Of a DNA stretch of 32,000 bases, positions 9,360 to 18,469 are shown one piece after another. The position numbers were made by a program, and so were the translations under genes. Below the pieces are notes generated by a model. The model worked only from the letters and a program-made list of their open reading frames with translations, made no database searches and had not been told where the DNA came from. The stretch is from Methylorubrum extorquens (lineage in GTDB: Bacteria > Pseudomonadota > Alphaproteobacteria > Rhizobiales > Beijerinckiaceae): the NCBI GenBank assembly GCA_900234795.1, contig LT962688.1, forward strand, positions 780,001 to 812,000. Reading direction: 5' to 3'. The stretch's first letter is position 1. Each line of letters opens with the position of its first letter.

Positions 9360-10889
9360 TCACTTGGGTTGCGGCGCGACGGGCGGAGGTGGAACCTCGC
9401 TGCCGTCGCGCTCGGGATCGATCGGGAGGGTGATCCGGACAACGGTTCCGGAGGCGTTGTTGTCAAGAGACGCCGTATCGAGACTGAAATGACCGCCGAG
9501 CGCCTCGACCCGCTCGCGCATCCCCGACAGGCCGAGGCCGACACGGTGGCCGGGCGTGATGCCGGTGCCGTCATCCTCGACGCTCACCCGCAGGACCGTC
9601 AGGCCGGCGGCGTCGGTCTCCTCCGTCGCGCGGGCCCGGACGTGGCGGGCGGCGCCGTGGCGCACAGCGTTGGTGCTGCTCTCCTGGATGCAGCGGAACA
9701 CGGTGAGATCGACGATGTCGCCGTAGCCGCGGGCCAAGCCCTCGAACGCACCATCGAAGGCGGTCTCGGGATGGCGCCGTCGGAAGTCTCGGAGCAGCAG
9801 GTTGAGGCAATCCGTCAGCGGCACCTCGCCGAGCCCGTGCGGGCGCAGGCGGTTGAGAAGGTCGCGGTTGAGGACCTGAACCTGGCCGACGATGCTGCCG
9901 ATGTCGCCGGCCCGCGACGCGAGCCGGCCGCGGTCGATCTCGCCGGGGCTGGCGGCGAGCCGCGCGACGGAGGCCGCGTTCGCCTCAAGCGCAAACAGGC
10001 ACGGGCCGAACTCGTCGTGGAGTTCGAGGGCGATGCGGGCGCGCTCGTCATCCTGGGCCGTCAGCAGTTGGCGGTTGAGGCGGCCGTTGGCGGCCCGCGC
10101 GTCGGAGAGCGCCCCGGCCACGCGGTTGAAGCGCTCGGCGATCACCGCGAGTTCGCGGGAGGCGGGCGGGTCGAGATGGGCGGTGTAATCGTGCCGCTCC
10201 AGCCGGTTCAGCCCATCCGCGAGGCGCCCGAGCGGCCGCAGGATGCGCCCGAGCGCCAGGGTGAGGGCAGCCAGCACCGCGAGGTTCAGGATCAGGCTGG
10301 CGAGCGCCAGCGAGCGGGCATAGCCCCAGACCTCCTCGATCTCGTCCAGGGGCTGGGTCGTGATCGCGGCGGTGCCGATCCGCTCGCCCTTCACGACGAT
10401 GGGCAGATCGTGCTGGCGCGGCTCGGGGGCGATCAGCCGGACGAACCAGCGCGGCGACGTCCGCTGCTCGCGCACCTGCTCGGAGGGACCGAAACCGACA
10501 CGCTTGCCCTCCGCATCGAGGATGGTCACGCGGACATGGCGCAGGGCCTGAAAGCGCAGGTCGAGGGTGTGGAGCACGCTCTCGGGGCTGGGGCTGCGCA
10601 GGGAGCGGATGGTGTCGGCGACCAAGGGCTCGACGGTGGCGAGACCGGCCGCCGTCTCGACCTGCACGGCGCTGCGCGCGGTCAGCACGATCACGCCGCA
10701 GGAGGCGAGGGCGGCGACGATGTCGATGGCGAGCACGACCAGAATGAGCCGCGTGCGCGTCGGCCAGCCGGCCCAAAACGGCAGCCCCGTGCCGTCGGCC
10801 CGATCCTGCGCCTTGTCGAGGTTGGGATCGGCCACGCTTTGCGCCATCAGGGGCGTCGGGGAAGCTTGCGTCGCGGCGGGAATCGGCAC
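9360..10889 (-). CDS. Sensor histidine kinase (TM sensor region, HAMP, HisKA_3-type H-box, HATPase).
   Basis: Track ORF 9360..10889 (GTG start; alternative ATG at 10847). Contains a TM segment LILVVLAIDIVAALASCGVIVL, a HAMP-like LALGRILRPLGRLADGLNRLE, the H-box RIALELHDEFGP, and the ATPase block VEDDGTGI...GLGLSGMRERVEALGG. Confidence 0.9.
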   Translation of the reverse strand: MPIPAATQASPTPLMAQSVADPNLDKAQDRADGTGLPFWAGWPTRTRLILVVLAIDIVAALASCGVIVLTARSAVQVETAAGLATVEPLVADTIRSLRSPSPESVLHTLDLRFQALRHVRVTILDAEGKRVGFGPSEQVREQRTSPRWFVRLIAPEPRQHDLPIVVKGERIGTAAITTQPLDEIEEVWGYARSLALASLILNLAVLAALTLALGRILRPLGRLADGLNRLERHDYTAHLDPPASRELAVIAERFNRVAGALSDARAANGRLNRQLLTAQDDERARIALELHDEFGPCLFALEANAASVARLAASPGEIDRGRLASRAGDIGSIVGQVQVLNRDLLNRLRPHGLGEVPLTDCLNLLLRDFRRRHPETAFDGAFEGLARGYGDIVDLTVFRCIQESSTNAVRHGAARHVRARATEETDAAGLTVLRVSVEDDGTGITPGHRVGLGLSGMRERVEALGGHFSLDTASLDNNASGTVVRITLPIDPERDGSEVPPPPVAPQPK

Positions 10890-11350
10890 GGGCCCTCGCG
10901 GTCGATCAGTCCGCCATACGCCGACACGAGCAGGCCGGATCCGGGACCATTCGGCAAACCGCCATCGGATAAAAGGCTCAGATTTCTACTCTTTCGGCAC
11001 GGCGGCACCGTGGCCGATCGCCGGATGATTGTCCATGCCGGGGCCGCGCCGCAGGGTCGCGCGGCACACTGATGTTTCTCTTATGATCGCCGGACGGAAA
11101 GCCGCGCACCGCATCGATCCGGTTACACGCTCCGTTAAACCGGCTCGGCTAAGGTCGATCGCGAGAACTCATCGCGACGAGACTTGTCCGGGGCGCGCCT
11201 GTCCCGATCAGGTCCGGCCGCCCTGGAGTTTCCGCCAGATTCGTGTGGGTGGACGGCGCCTGAATTCTCAACAGGGCGCTCCGGACATCTTGCCGCCGCA
11301 TTGCCGAGGCCGTCTTGTTGCAGGGCTACAACGTGCAAGAGGCCGACCGC

Positions 11351-12223
11351 ATGTCGGTGACGATTCACCCATCTCAAACCCGGCCGGCCGAGAGCAGGGC
11401 TCCGGCCCGTCGCCGGCTGCCCGTCATCCTCGGCGCCGCGGGCGGGAGCGCTGCCCTCCTCGTCTTCGCCGTGGGGGCTTTCGCGTTCTTCTCCGATCTC
11501 GCCGATCCCAGGAGCCGGCCGGCGCGGATCGCCCCCGTCGCCTCGCAATGGCCCGACCTGAAGGACGGCGTTCCGGCGCTGGCGCCGGCCTCCGTCGGGT
11601 TGCCGGAAGCGCGCCGGGCCAGCCTGCCGGCCGCGGAACCCGTCGCACCGGCCGCAGCGCCGCCGCCCGCGCCGGTGGCGGCTGCAGCGCCGGAGATCGC
11701 GCCGCCGGCCCGGGCGAACCTGCCGATCGAGCCGGCACCCACGGTTCCGGCCGCGGCCCGCACGGCGTCCGCGCTCGCCCCCGCCAAAGTCACGGTGCCG
11801 CTGCCTCCGAGCCGGAGCGAGATGGTGCAGGCGAAGACGGAGCAGCCGGCGCGTTTCGTGTCGCTGCCCGCGAAGACGAAACCCGAGATCGCCAAAACGG
11901 AAGCCAAGGTCGAGGCCAGAACCAAGACTGACACCGCCAAGACCGAGACAGCCAAAACTGACACAGCCAAGGCTGAAACCGCCAAGGTTGAGCCGGCGAA
12001 GGCCGATCCCAGCCGGAAGCCCGCGCCCGTCGTCCGCAACCGCGCCACGGAAGCGCGGCCGACGCAGACCGCCTCGGCGCAAGCACCCGCCGCGCGGCCG
12101 GCACAGGACGCGGCGGAAGAGCCGGAACTGCTTGGCGTCAAGATTCCCGGCGGCCGTCAGATCCGCGACGGCTGGGATGCCGCCGTGAGCGGCCTGCTCG
12201 GCGGCAAGTCCGGCGGCGAATAA
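11351..12223 (+). CDS. Single-pass membrane-anchored Ala/Pro/Lys-rich low-complexity protein with pentapeptide repeats.
   Basis: Track ORF 11315..12223. ATG 11351 is preceded by aagagg 8 nt upstream. TM segment LPVILGAAGGSAALLVFAVGAFAFF, then a long A/P-rich stretch and AKTEAKVEARTKTDTAKTETAKTDTAKAETAKVEPAKADP. GC3 is high in this frame. No recognisable catalytic domain. Confidence 0.65.
   Translation: MSVTIHPSQTRPAESRAPARRRLPVILGAAGGSAALLVFAVGAFAFFSDLADPRSRPARIAPVASQWPDLKDGVPALAPASVGLPEARRASLPAAEPVAPAAAPPPAPVAAAAPEIAPPARANLPIEPAPTVPAAARTASALAPAKVTVPLPPSRSEMVQAKTEQPARFVSLPAKTKPEIAKTEAKVEARTKTDTAKTETAKTDTAKAETAKVEPAKADPSRKPAPVVRNRATEARPTQTASAQAPAARPAQDAAEEPELLGVKIPGGRQIRDGWDAAVSGLLGGKSGGE
11891..12010 (+). 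repeat. About eight degenerate tandem 15-bp units (gccaaRacYgaSacM) encoding A-K-T-E/D-T pentapeptides.
   Basis: Read directly: units at 11936-11950 gccaagaccgagaca, 11951-11965 gccaaaactgacaca, 11966-11980 gccaaggctgaaacc, 11981-11995 gccaaggttgagccg and 11996-12010 gcgaaggccgatccc, plus three more diverged units upstream. They are in frame with the CDS. Confidence 0.85.
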
Positions 12224-12335
12224 GTCCGGCAGCGAGCAAGGCCCGGCTCGAACGAGCCGGACGCCGCCCTTACGTTTGCACACCCGAAACCGTCGCCGGG
12301 GCGGCTTTCGTGCCCCGGCACCGTCGCGAGGCGGC

Positions 12336-14042
12336 TCAGCCGCCCCGGCCGGTTTTGGTCGCCTCGCGGCGATGGCGCTGGGCGCGGGGGCTCTTCGGCG
12401 CCTTGGCGGCGGCCGGTCCATCCCCCTGCATCCGCTCGACGCGGACATCGGCGGGCCCACGCCGGGCGAAGGACGCGGCGAAGTCGTCCGCCGCGCTGGC
12501 ACGGACCTCGAAGGTCGTCTCGTTGTCGAAGATCCTGATGGAGCCGATATCGCCGCGCCCGATCTGCCCACGGCGGGTCAGCATCGGCAGAAGGCGGCGC
12601 GGCTCGGCCCGGTCGCGGCGGCCGAGATTGAGCCGGAACCACGCCGCCGGCTCGTCGTCACCGACCCGCGATGCGCCGACCGGCACACCGCTGCGGGAAT
12701 CCGGACGCCGGCTGGTCTCGTAGGCCGGATCGCTCACCTCCTCCGGCACGGGGATGCGCGAGCGGTAGAGCCGGGCGAAGGCCGCGGCGAGACGCTCGGG
12801 CGGGCAGCGCTCCATCAGCGCCTCGGCCCATTCCCGCTCCCACTCGCGGTCCTCCTCCGTCTCGGGCTCGGCGAGCAGCGGATCGGACATCATCCGCTCG
12901 CGGTCGAGAATGCGGATCTCGTCCGCGTTCGGCGGGCCGCTCCAATCGGGACTGACCTTGGCGATGGCGAACATCTGCTCGGCCCGCCGCCGCTTGGCCG
13001 GCGGCACGAGCACGACGCTCGTCCCCTTGCGGCCGGCGCGGCCGGTGCGGCCGGAGCGGTGCTGCATCACCTCGGCATCGTGCGGAAGGTCGGCGTGGAT
13101 GACGAGGTCGAGCCCCGGCAGGTCGATGCCGCGGGCGGCGACGTCGGTGGCGACGCAGACGCGGGCACGGCCGTCGCGCAGGGCCTGGAGCGCGGCGTTG
13201 CGCTCGCCCTGGCCGAGTTCGCCCGAGAGCGCCACGGCGGAGAAGCCGCGCTCGGTCAGCGAGGCCTGGAGATGGCGTACGCCGTCACGGGTGTTGCAGA
13301 ACACGATCGCCACCGGCGCATCGACGTAGCGCAGAATGTTGACGACGGCGTGCTCGACCTCCCGCGGCATCACGCGCACCGCGCGGTAGACGATGTCGGC
13401 ATGGCCGCGGGTCTCGCCGGCGACCGCGAGGCGCAGGGCGTCGCGCTGGTAGCTCTCGGCGAGCGCGACGATGGCCTTCGGCAGGGTCGCCGAGAACAGC
13501 AGGGTGCGCCGGTCCTTCGGGGTCGATGCCAGGATGAATTCCAGATCCTCGCGAAAGCCCATGTCGAGCATCTCGTCGGCCTCGTCGAGGATGACGGCGC
13601 GAAGACCTTCCGTGACGAGCCGGCCGCGCTCCATGTGGTCGCGCAGGCGCCCCGGCGTGCCGACGACGATGTGGACGCCGGCCTCCAGCGCGCGGGCCTC
13701 GCGGCGCGGATCCATGCCGCCGACGCAGGGGACGATGCGCGCGCCGGTCTGCGCGTAGAGCCAGGTCAGCTCCCGCTGCACCTGGAGTGCCAGCTCACGG
13801 GTCGGAGCGATGACGAGCGCCAGCGGCGCGCCGGGCGGCGGCAGCGCCTCGTCTTCGCCGAGCAGCGTACCGGCGATGGCGAGACCGAAGGCAACGGTCT
13901 TGCCCGATCCGGTCTGAGCCGAAACGAGCAGGTCGCGCTCTGGGACGGCATCGAGCACCGCCTGTTGAACGGGTGTCGGCTCGGCATAGTTGCGCTCGGT
14001 GAGCGCCCGCGCCAGGGGGGAGGGCAGAGACGGAAATGGCAA
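12336..14042 (-). CDS. DEAD-box ATP-dependent RNA helicase with a DbpA-like C-terminal RNA-binding extension.
   Basis: Track ORF 12336..14042, 568 aa. Q-motif YAEPTPVQ, AQTGSGKT, DEAD (ILDEADEML), SAT, HRSGRTGRAG. C-terminal FRLNLGRRDRAEPRRLLPMLTRRGQIGRGDIGSIRI. The start codon is TTG (14042-14040), with an in-frame TAA five codons upstream. Confidence 0.92.
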   Translation of the reverse strand: MPFPSLPSPLARALTERNYAEPTPVQQAVLDAVPERDLLVSAQTGSGKTVAFGLAIAGTLLGEDEALPPPGAPLALVIAPTRELALQVQRELTWLYAQTGARIVPCVGGMDPRREARALEAGVHIVVGTPGRLRDHMERGRLVTEGLRAVILDEADEMLDMGFREDLEFILASTPKDRRTLLFSATLPKAIVALAESYQRDALRLAVAGETRGHADIVYRAVRVMPREVEHAVVNILRYVDAPVAIVFCNTRDGVRHLQASLTERGFSAVALSGELGQGERNAALQALRDGRARVCVATDVAARGIDLPGLDLVIHADLPHDAEVMQHRSGRTGRAGRKGTSVVLVPPAKRRRAEQMFAIAKVSPDWSGPPNADEIRILDRERMMSDPLLAEPETEEDREWEREWAEALMERCPPERLAAAFARLYRSRIPVPEEVSDPAYETSRRPDSRSGVPVGASRVGDDEPAAWFRLNLGRRDRAEPRRLLPMLTRRGQIGRGDIGSIRIFDNETTFEVRASAADDFAASFARRGPADVRVERMQGDGPAAAKAPKSPRAQRHRREATKTGRGG

Positions 14043-14323
14043 GGGAGATGCGCCTTAAGAACCGGCGCATTCGCACCGGTACACGCGAACCGGCAGACCG
14101 CCGGATCGGAATTCGGATGCCGTTTCTAACGCCAACTGGGCGCGGAGACCACTACCTGCACCGCGCAGCGGCGTTGCACGGTGCGGATTACGCGGACGAA
14201 CCTGCGACGATACCCCAGACTTGCGAGTTGATCGCCTCAAGTCGAAGGTTCCTGACGGTATCCCGCCGTTTGCTTGCACCGGAGCCGGTCGTCGCCGATA
14301 CAAGAGGTACAAGAGGGGTCTTA

Positions 14324-14365
14324 TGCTGGAAGCCAATTCGCGATTGCTGGAAGCCATTTCGCGAT
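14324..14365 (+). repeat. Two tandem 21-bp direct repeats (tgctggaagccaAttcgcgat / tgctggaagccaTttcgcgat).
   Basis: Read directly: 14324-14344 and 14345-14365 differ at one base. Just upstream is a 9-bp tandem pair, acaagaggt / acaagaggg (14300-14317). Both lie in the divergent region between the helicase and the FkbM gene. Confidence 0.9.
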
Positions 14366-14503
14366 CGGCTCACAGTCGCTCCACAGGCGGGCGCTTCTCG
14401 AATCCTTGGCCCCGGCGTCCCATCCTCTGAACAAGAAGCCGGTGCGCCAAGCGCAACCGAACACGTCCGTCGATTGAATTTTCGTCCGACCGGAGAAGAC
14501 ATA

Positions 14504-15625
14504 TTGCCCGAGCCCGATCTCAGATCAGACGATGTCGATGGATTTCGCCTGCATGTTTGCCGACGGCTCGTCGCCGCCTTGGGCCGGACCGAAGAAGACA
14601 ATATCGACCACGCCTACCCTCCATATGAAATCTCCGCTGGGCAAGACGCGTTCGACGCATTGCGGGCGCGCTTTCTCGCGTACCTGACCGGCAATTGGGA
14701 CGGGATGGCTCGATCCTATGGCCGCCTCGAAGACGACGCCTCACGCAAGCTTTTCGTGGACTTGCTTCTCTTTCGCGTGCTCGGATGCCGCCATGTCCGG
14801 CTCGACAGCAATACGCCCGCCTATTGGGAGGGCCGGAGGCAAGCTGAGGCGCTTCCGGTCGAGCCATCGTCCTTCGCCGACATTCCGGGAGGCGCCTACC
14901 TCCACCATTTCCTGCTTCCACACAAGGAGCGCACGCTGAGATTGGACTGCCTGCAAGCCAACATCTTTTTTACATTTCTTCTACGACAGTATTTTTTTGA
15001 CCGTGATGGAGTGCGCATCCAGCCAGAAGCTGGGGATCACGTGGTAGATGCAGGAGCTTGCTTCGGCGATACCGCCGTCGACTTCGCTGAAGCTGTCGGC
15101 GAGACCGGACACGTCTATTCCTTCGATCCGCTCGCGGCACATCAGCAGATCGTGCGACACAATATCCAGCAGAACAACCTCTCCAACACGACCGTCTTCA
15201 GCCACGGCTTGAGCGATTACGACTTCGAAGCCCCGCCGGTTCAGGACATGTGTGATCCGGGCTTTGGTGAGAAAGACATTATGCCGGTCCGCAGGCTCGA
15301 CGATCTCGTTGCGGCGGGCACGATCCCGCGAGTCGATTGCATCAAGATGGACATCGAAGGATACGAGCTTCCCGCGCTCAAGGGAGCCGAAGCGACGCTG
15401 CGAACCTTCCGCCCCAAGCTCGCCATCTCATTGTATCACCGCTGGGACGACTACTTTGTGATCCCGGACTTTATCGCCAACCTGAACCTCGGCTACAGGT
15501 TTTTTCTCCAGAACTACACGGTGGGTGAGGGCGAGACGGTGCTCTACTGCATCGCCTCGCCCAGCGGTGCTCGCTCGCCCGAAATCGAGCAGCCCAGCCA
15601 GGAGCCAGACCCACAACCGGATTAG
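14504..15625 (+). CDS. FkbM-family SAM-dependent methyltransferase (Methyltransf_21-like) with an N-terminal extension.
   Basis: Track ORF 14036..15625. C-terminal half: VVDAGACFGDTAVDFAEAVGETGHVYSFDP, VDCIKMDIEGYELPALKGA, PKLAISLYHR. Between the codon-28 ATG (14117) and this point there is no in-frame ATG. TTG at 14504 is preceded by ggagaag (14492-14498). Start uncertain. Codon usage is visibly less GC3-biased than in neighbouring genes. Confidence 0.8.
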   Translation: MPEPDLRSDDVDGFRLHVCRRLVAALGRTEEDNIDHAYPPYEISAGQDAFDALRARFLAYLTGNWDGMARSYGRLEDDASRKLFVDLLLFRVLGCRHVRLDSNTPAYWEGRRQAEALPVEPSSFADIPGGAYLHHFLLPHKERTLRLDCLQANIFFTFLLRQYFFDRDGVRIQPEAGDHVVDAGACFGDTAVDFAEAVGETGHVYSFDPLAAHQQIVRHNIQQNNLSNTTVFSHGLSDYDFEAPPVQDMCDPGFGEKDIMPVRRLDDLVAAGTIPRVDCIKMDIEGYELPALKGAEATLRTFRPKLAISLYHRWDDYFVIPDFIANLNLGYRFFLQNYTVGEGETVLYCIASPSGARSPEIEQPSQEPDPQPD

Positions 15626-15670
15626 GGCTCCCCTTCGCCGGTATAACGCCCGCGTACGCACGAGCGCGTC

Positions 15671-16735
<1,065 letters not shown>

Positions 16736-16911
16736 CGCGTCATCCACGGCGATCCCGGCACGGCCCGCCGCCCGCCGACTCCCGATCACCGCCCCCCTGC
16801 GTGCCAGAATATGGTTAACCGAAATTTGACACGGCGTGACCGACCTACGCGCGGCCGAGCCGATCGCGGAAACCGGGCCCACTTTTCGGGCCGGCGCGCT
16901 AGATTCCTGGC

Positions 16912-17328
16912 ATGACCGACGCCTTCCCCCTCGATCCGCGCCTCGCCGCCGACACCCATGCGGTGGGCGATCTCGCCCTCTGCTCCGTCCTGCTGATGGA
17001 CGATGCACGCTTCCCGTGGCTGATCCTGGTGCCGCGGCGGCCGGGCTTGAGCGAGCTCACCGACCTCACGCCGGAGGATGCGAGCCTCGCTTTCGAGGAA
17101 ACGCGGATCGCGGTCAGGGTCATGCAGGCGCTCGCCCAGCCGGACAAGGTCAACGTCGCCAGCCTCGGCAACGTGGTGGCGCAGCTTCACATCCACGTCG
17201 TGGCCCGGTTCCGCTCGGATCCGGCTTGGCCCGGGCCGGTCTGGGGCGTGGGCGAGCGCAAGCCCTACCCGCCGCATGCCCGCGCCGCCCTGCTCGAACG
17301 GGCCGCCGCCCTGTTCATGGCCGCGTGA
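16912..17328 (+). CDS. HIT (histidine triad) family protein.
   Basis: Track ORF 16912..17328, 138 aa. Contains FPWLILVPRR and the histidine triad VAQLHIHVVAR. Confidence 0.88.
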   Translation: MTDAFPLDPRLAADTHAVGDLALCSVLLMDDARFPWLILVPRRPGLSELTDLTPEDASLAFEETRIAVRVMQALAQPDKVNVASLGNVVAQLHIHVVARFRSDPAWPGPVWGVGERKPYPPHARAALLERAAALFMAA

Positions 17329-17338
17329 GGCGACCCGG

Positions 17339-18298
17339 ATGACAGGCTCGTCCACCACGCCCGGCCGGGATGCGCTCGCCTATGCCGCGAGCCGCCTCGT
17401 CCGCCACTCCGCCGAATTCGGCCCGGCCCCCGCCCTGACGGATGCCGGACCGGATGCCCGCCTCGTGCTGATGGCGGGCGAGACGGTGATCCTGCGCGCC
17501 GCCCCGGCGGAGACCGGAACGGCCCTGCTCACGCCGGACGAGGCCAGCCGGGCGGGCGAGCGCGCCGTCGAAATCTACCTCGGTCGGGTCGAGGGGCGGC
17601 CGGTCTTCGCCGGCGCCGTCCCGGGGGAGGCGGCCCTCCTCTTCCCCGAGCCCGGTCACCGCGCCCTCGACCTGCGGGCGCTCGCGACCGAGGGCGCGGT
17701 GGCCCGCGAGGAGCAGGGGCTCATCGCCACCGCCAAATCGGTGCTGGCCTGGCACGCGCGGCACCGCTTCTGCGCCAATTGCGGCAGCCCGACCAGCATC
17801 GCCGCCGGCGGCTTCCGCCGGGAATGCGAGGCTTGCGGGCTGCACCACTTCCCGCGCACCGATCCCGTAGCGATCATGCTCGTGCGGCGGGGCGAGACCT
17901 GCCTGCTGGGGCGTGGCCCGCATTTCAAGCCGGGGATGTATTCCTGCCTCGCCGGCTTCATCGAGCCCGGCGAGACGGTCGAGAACGCCGTGCGCCGCGA
18001 GACGCGGGAGGAGACCGGGGTCGCGGTCGGCGCCGTTGCCTATCACGCCTCCCAGCCCTGGCCGTTCCCGGCCTCACTGATGATCGGCTGCGTGGCCGAG
18101 GCCGTCTCCGAGGACATCCGGACCGATCCCGAGGAGCTGGAGGATGCGCGCTGGTTCTCGCGCCCGGACGTTGCACGGATGATCGAGGGCAACCACCCGG
18201 AGGGCCTGACCGTGCCGCCGGCCACCGCCATCGCCCACCTGCTGCTGCGCGACTGGCTGGACGGTCTCATTGGTCCTCCGCCGGGCTCGACGGCGTAA
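17339..18298 (+). CDS. nudC: NAD+ diphosphatase (NADH pyrophosphatase), Nudix family with zinc ribbon.
   Basis: Track ORF 17078..18298. Internal ATG at 17339, 10 nt after the HIT stop. Zinc ribbon CANCGSPT...CEACG. Nudix box GFIEPGETVENAVRRETREETGV. Followed by SQPWPFPASLM. Confidence 0.88.
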   Translation: MTGSSTTPGRDALAYAASRLVRHSAEFGPAPALTDAGPDARLVLMAGETVILRAAPAETGTALLTPDEASRAGERAVEIYLGRVEGRPVFAGAVPGEAALLFPEPGHRALDLRALATEGAVAREEQGLIATAKSVLAWHARHRFCANCGSPTSIAAGGFRRECEACGLHHFPRTDPVAIMLVRRGETCLLGRGPHFKPGMYSCLAGFIEPGETVENAVRRETREETGVAVGAVAYHASQPWPFPASLMIGCVAEAVSEDIRTDPEELEDARWFSRPDVARMIEGNHPEGLTVPPATAIAHLLLRDWLDGLIGPPPGSTA

Positions 18299-18469
18299 GG
18301 CGAGCGCGCTCGCGCTTCACGGACGCGAGCGGATGGTGTAGGCGCCCCCACTTGGCCGGGAAACCGGCCGAGGAATTGGCCGGGGAAGTCGGGCCCTGCG
18401 CGGCGGCCCGGTTCCGGGGGAACCGTGCCCCGGGCCTCAAGGCCGGACCTACCGCCGGGAGCGAGAACC

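Noticed and set aside
14036-14503. Upstream extension of the FkbM ORF (track start 14036, or ATG 14117).
   Set aside because: The start at 14036 overlaps the divergent helicase start. The extension has no homology-like features and contains the tandem repeats. A TTG with a good GGAGAAG Shine-Dalgarno at 14504 fits better, but the upstream start is not excluded (see finding).
16815-16829. CtrA-like box TTAA-N7-TTGA, with an overlapping TTGACA, in the HD-GYP/HIT divergent region.
   Set aside because: The second half-site deviates from TTAA. No acceptable -10 follows the TTGACA at 16-18 nt. This is too weak to call.
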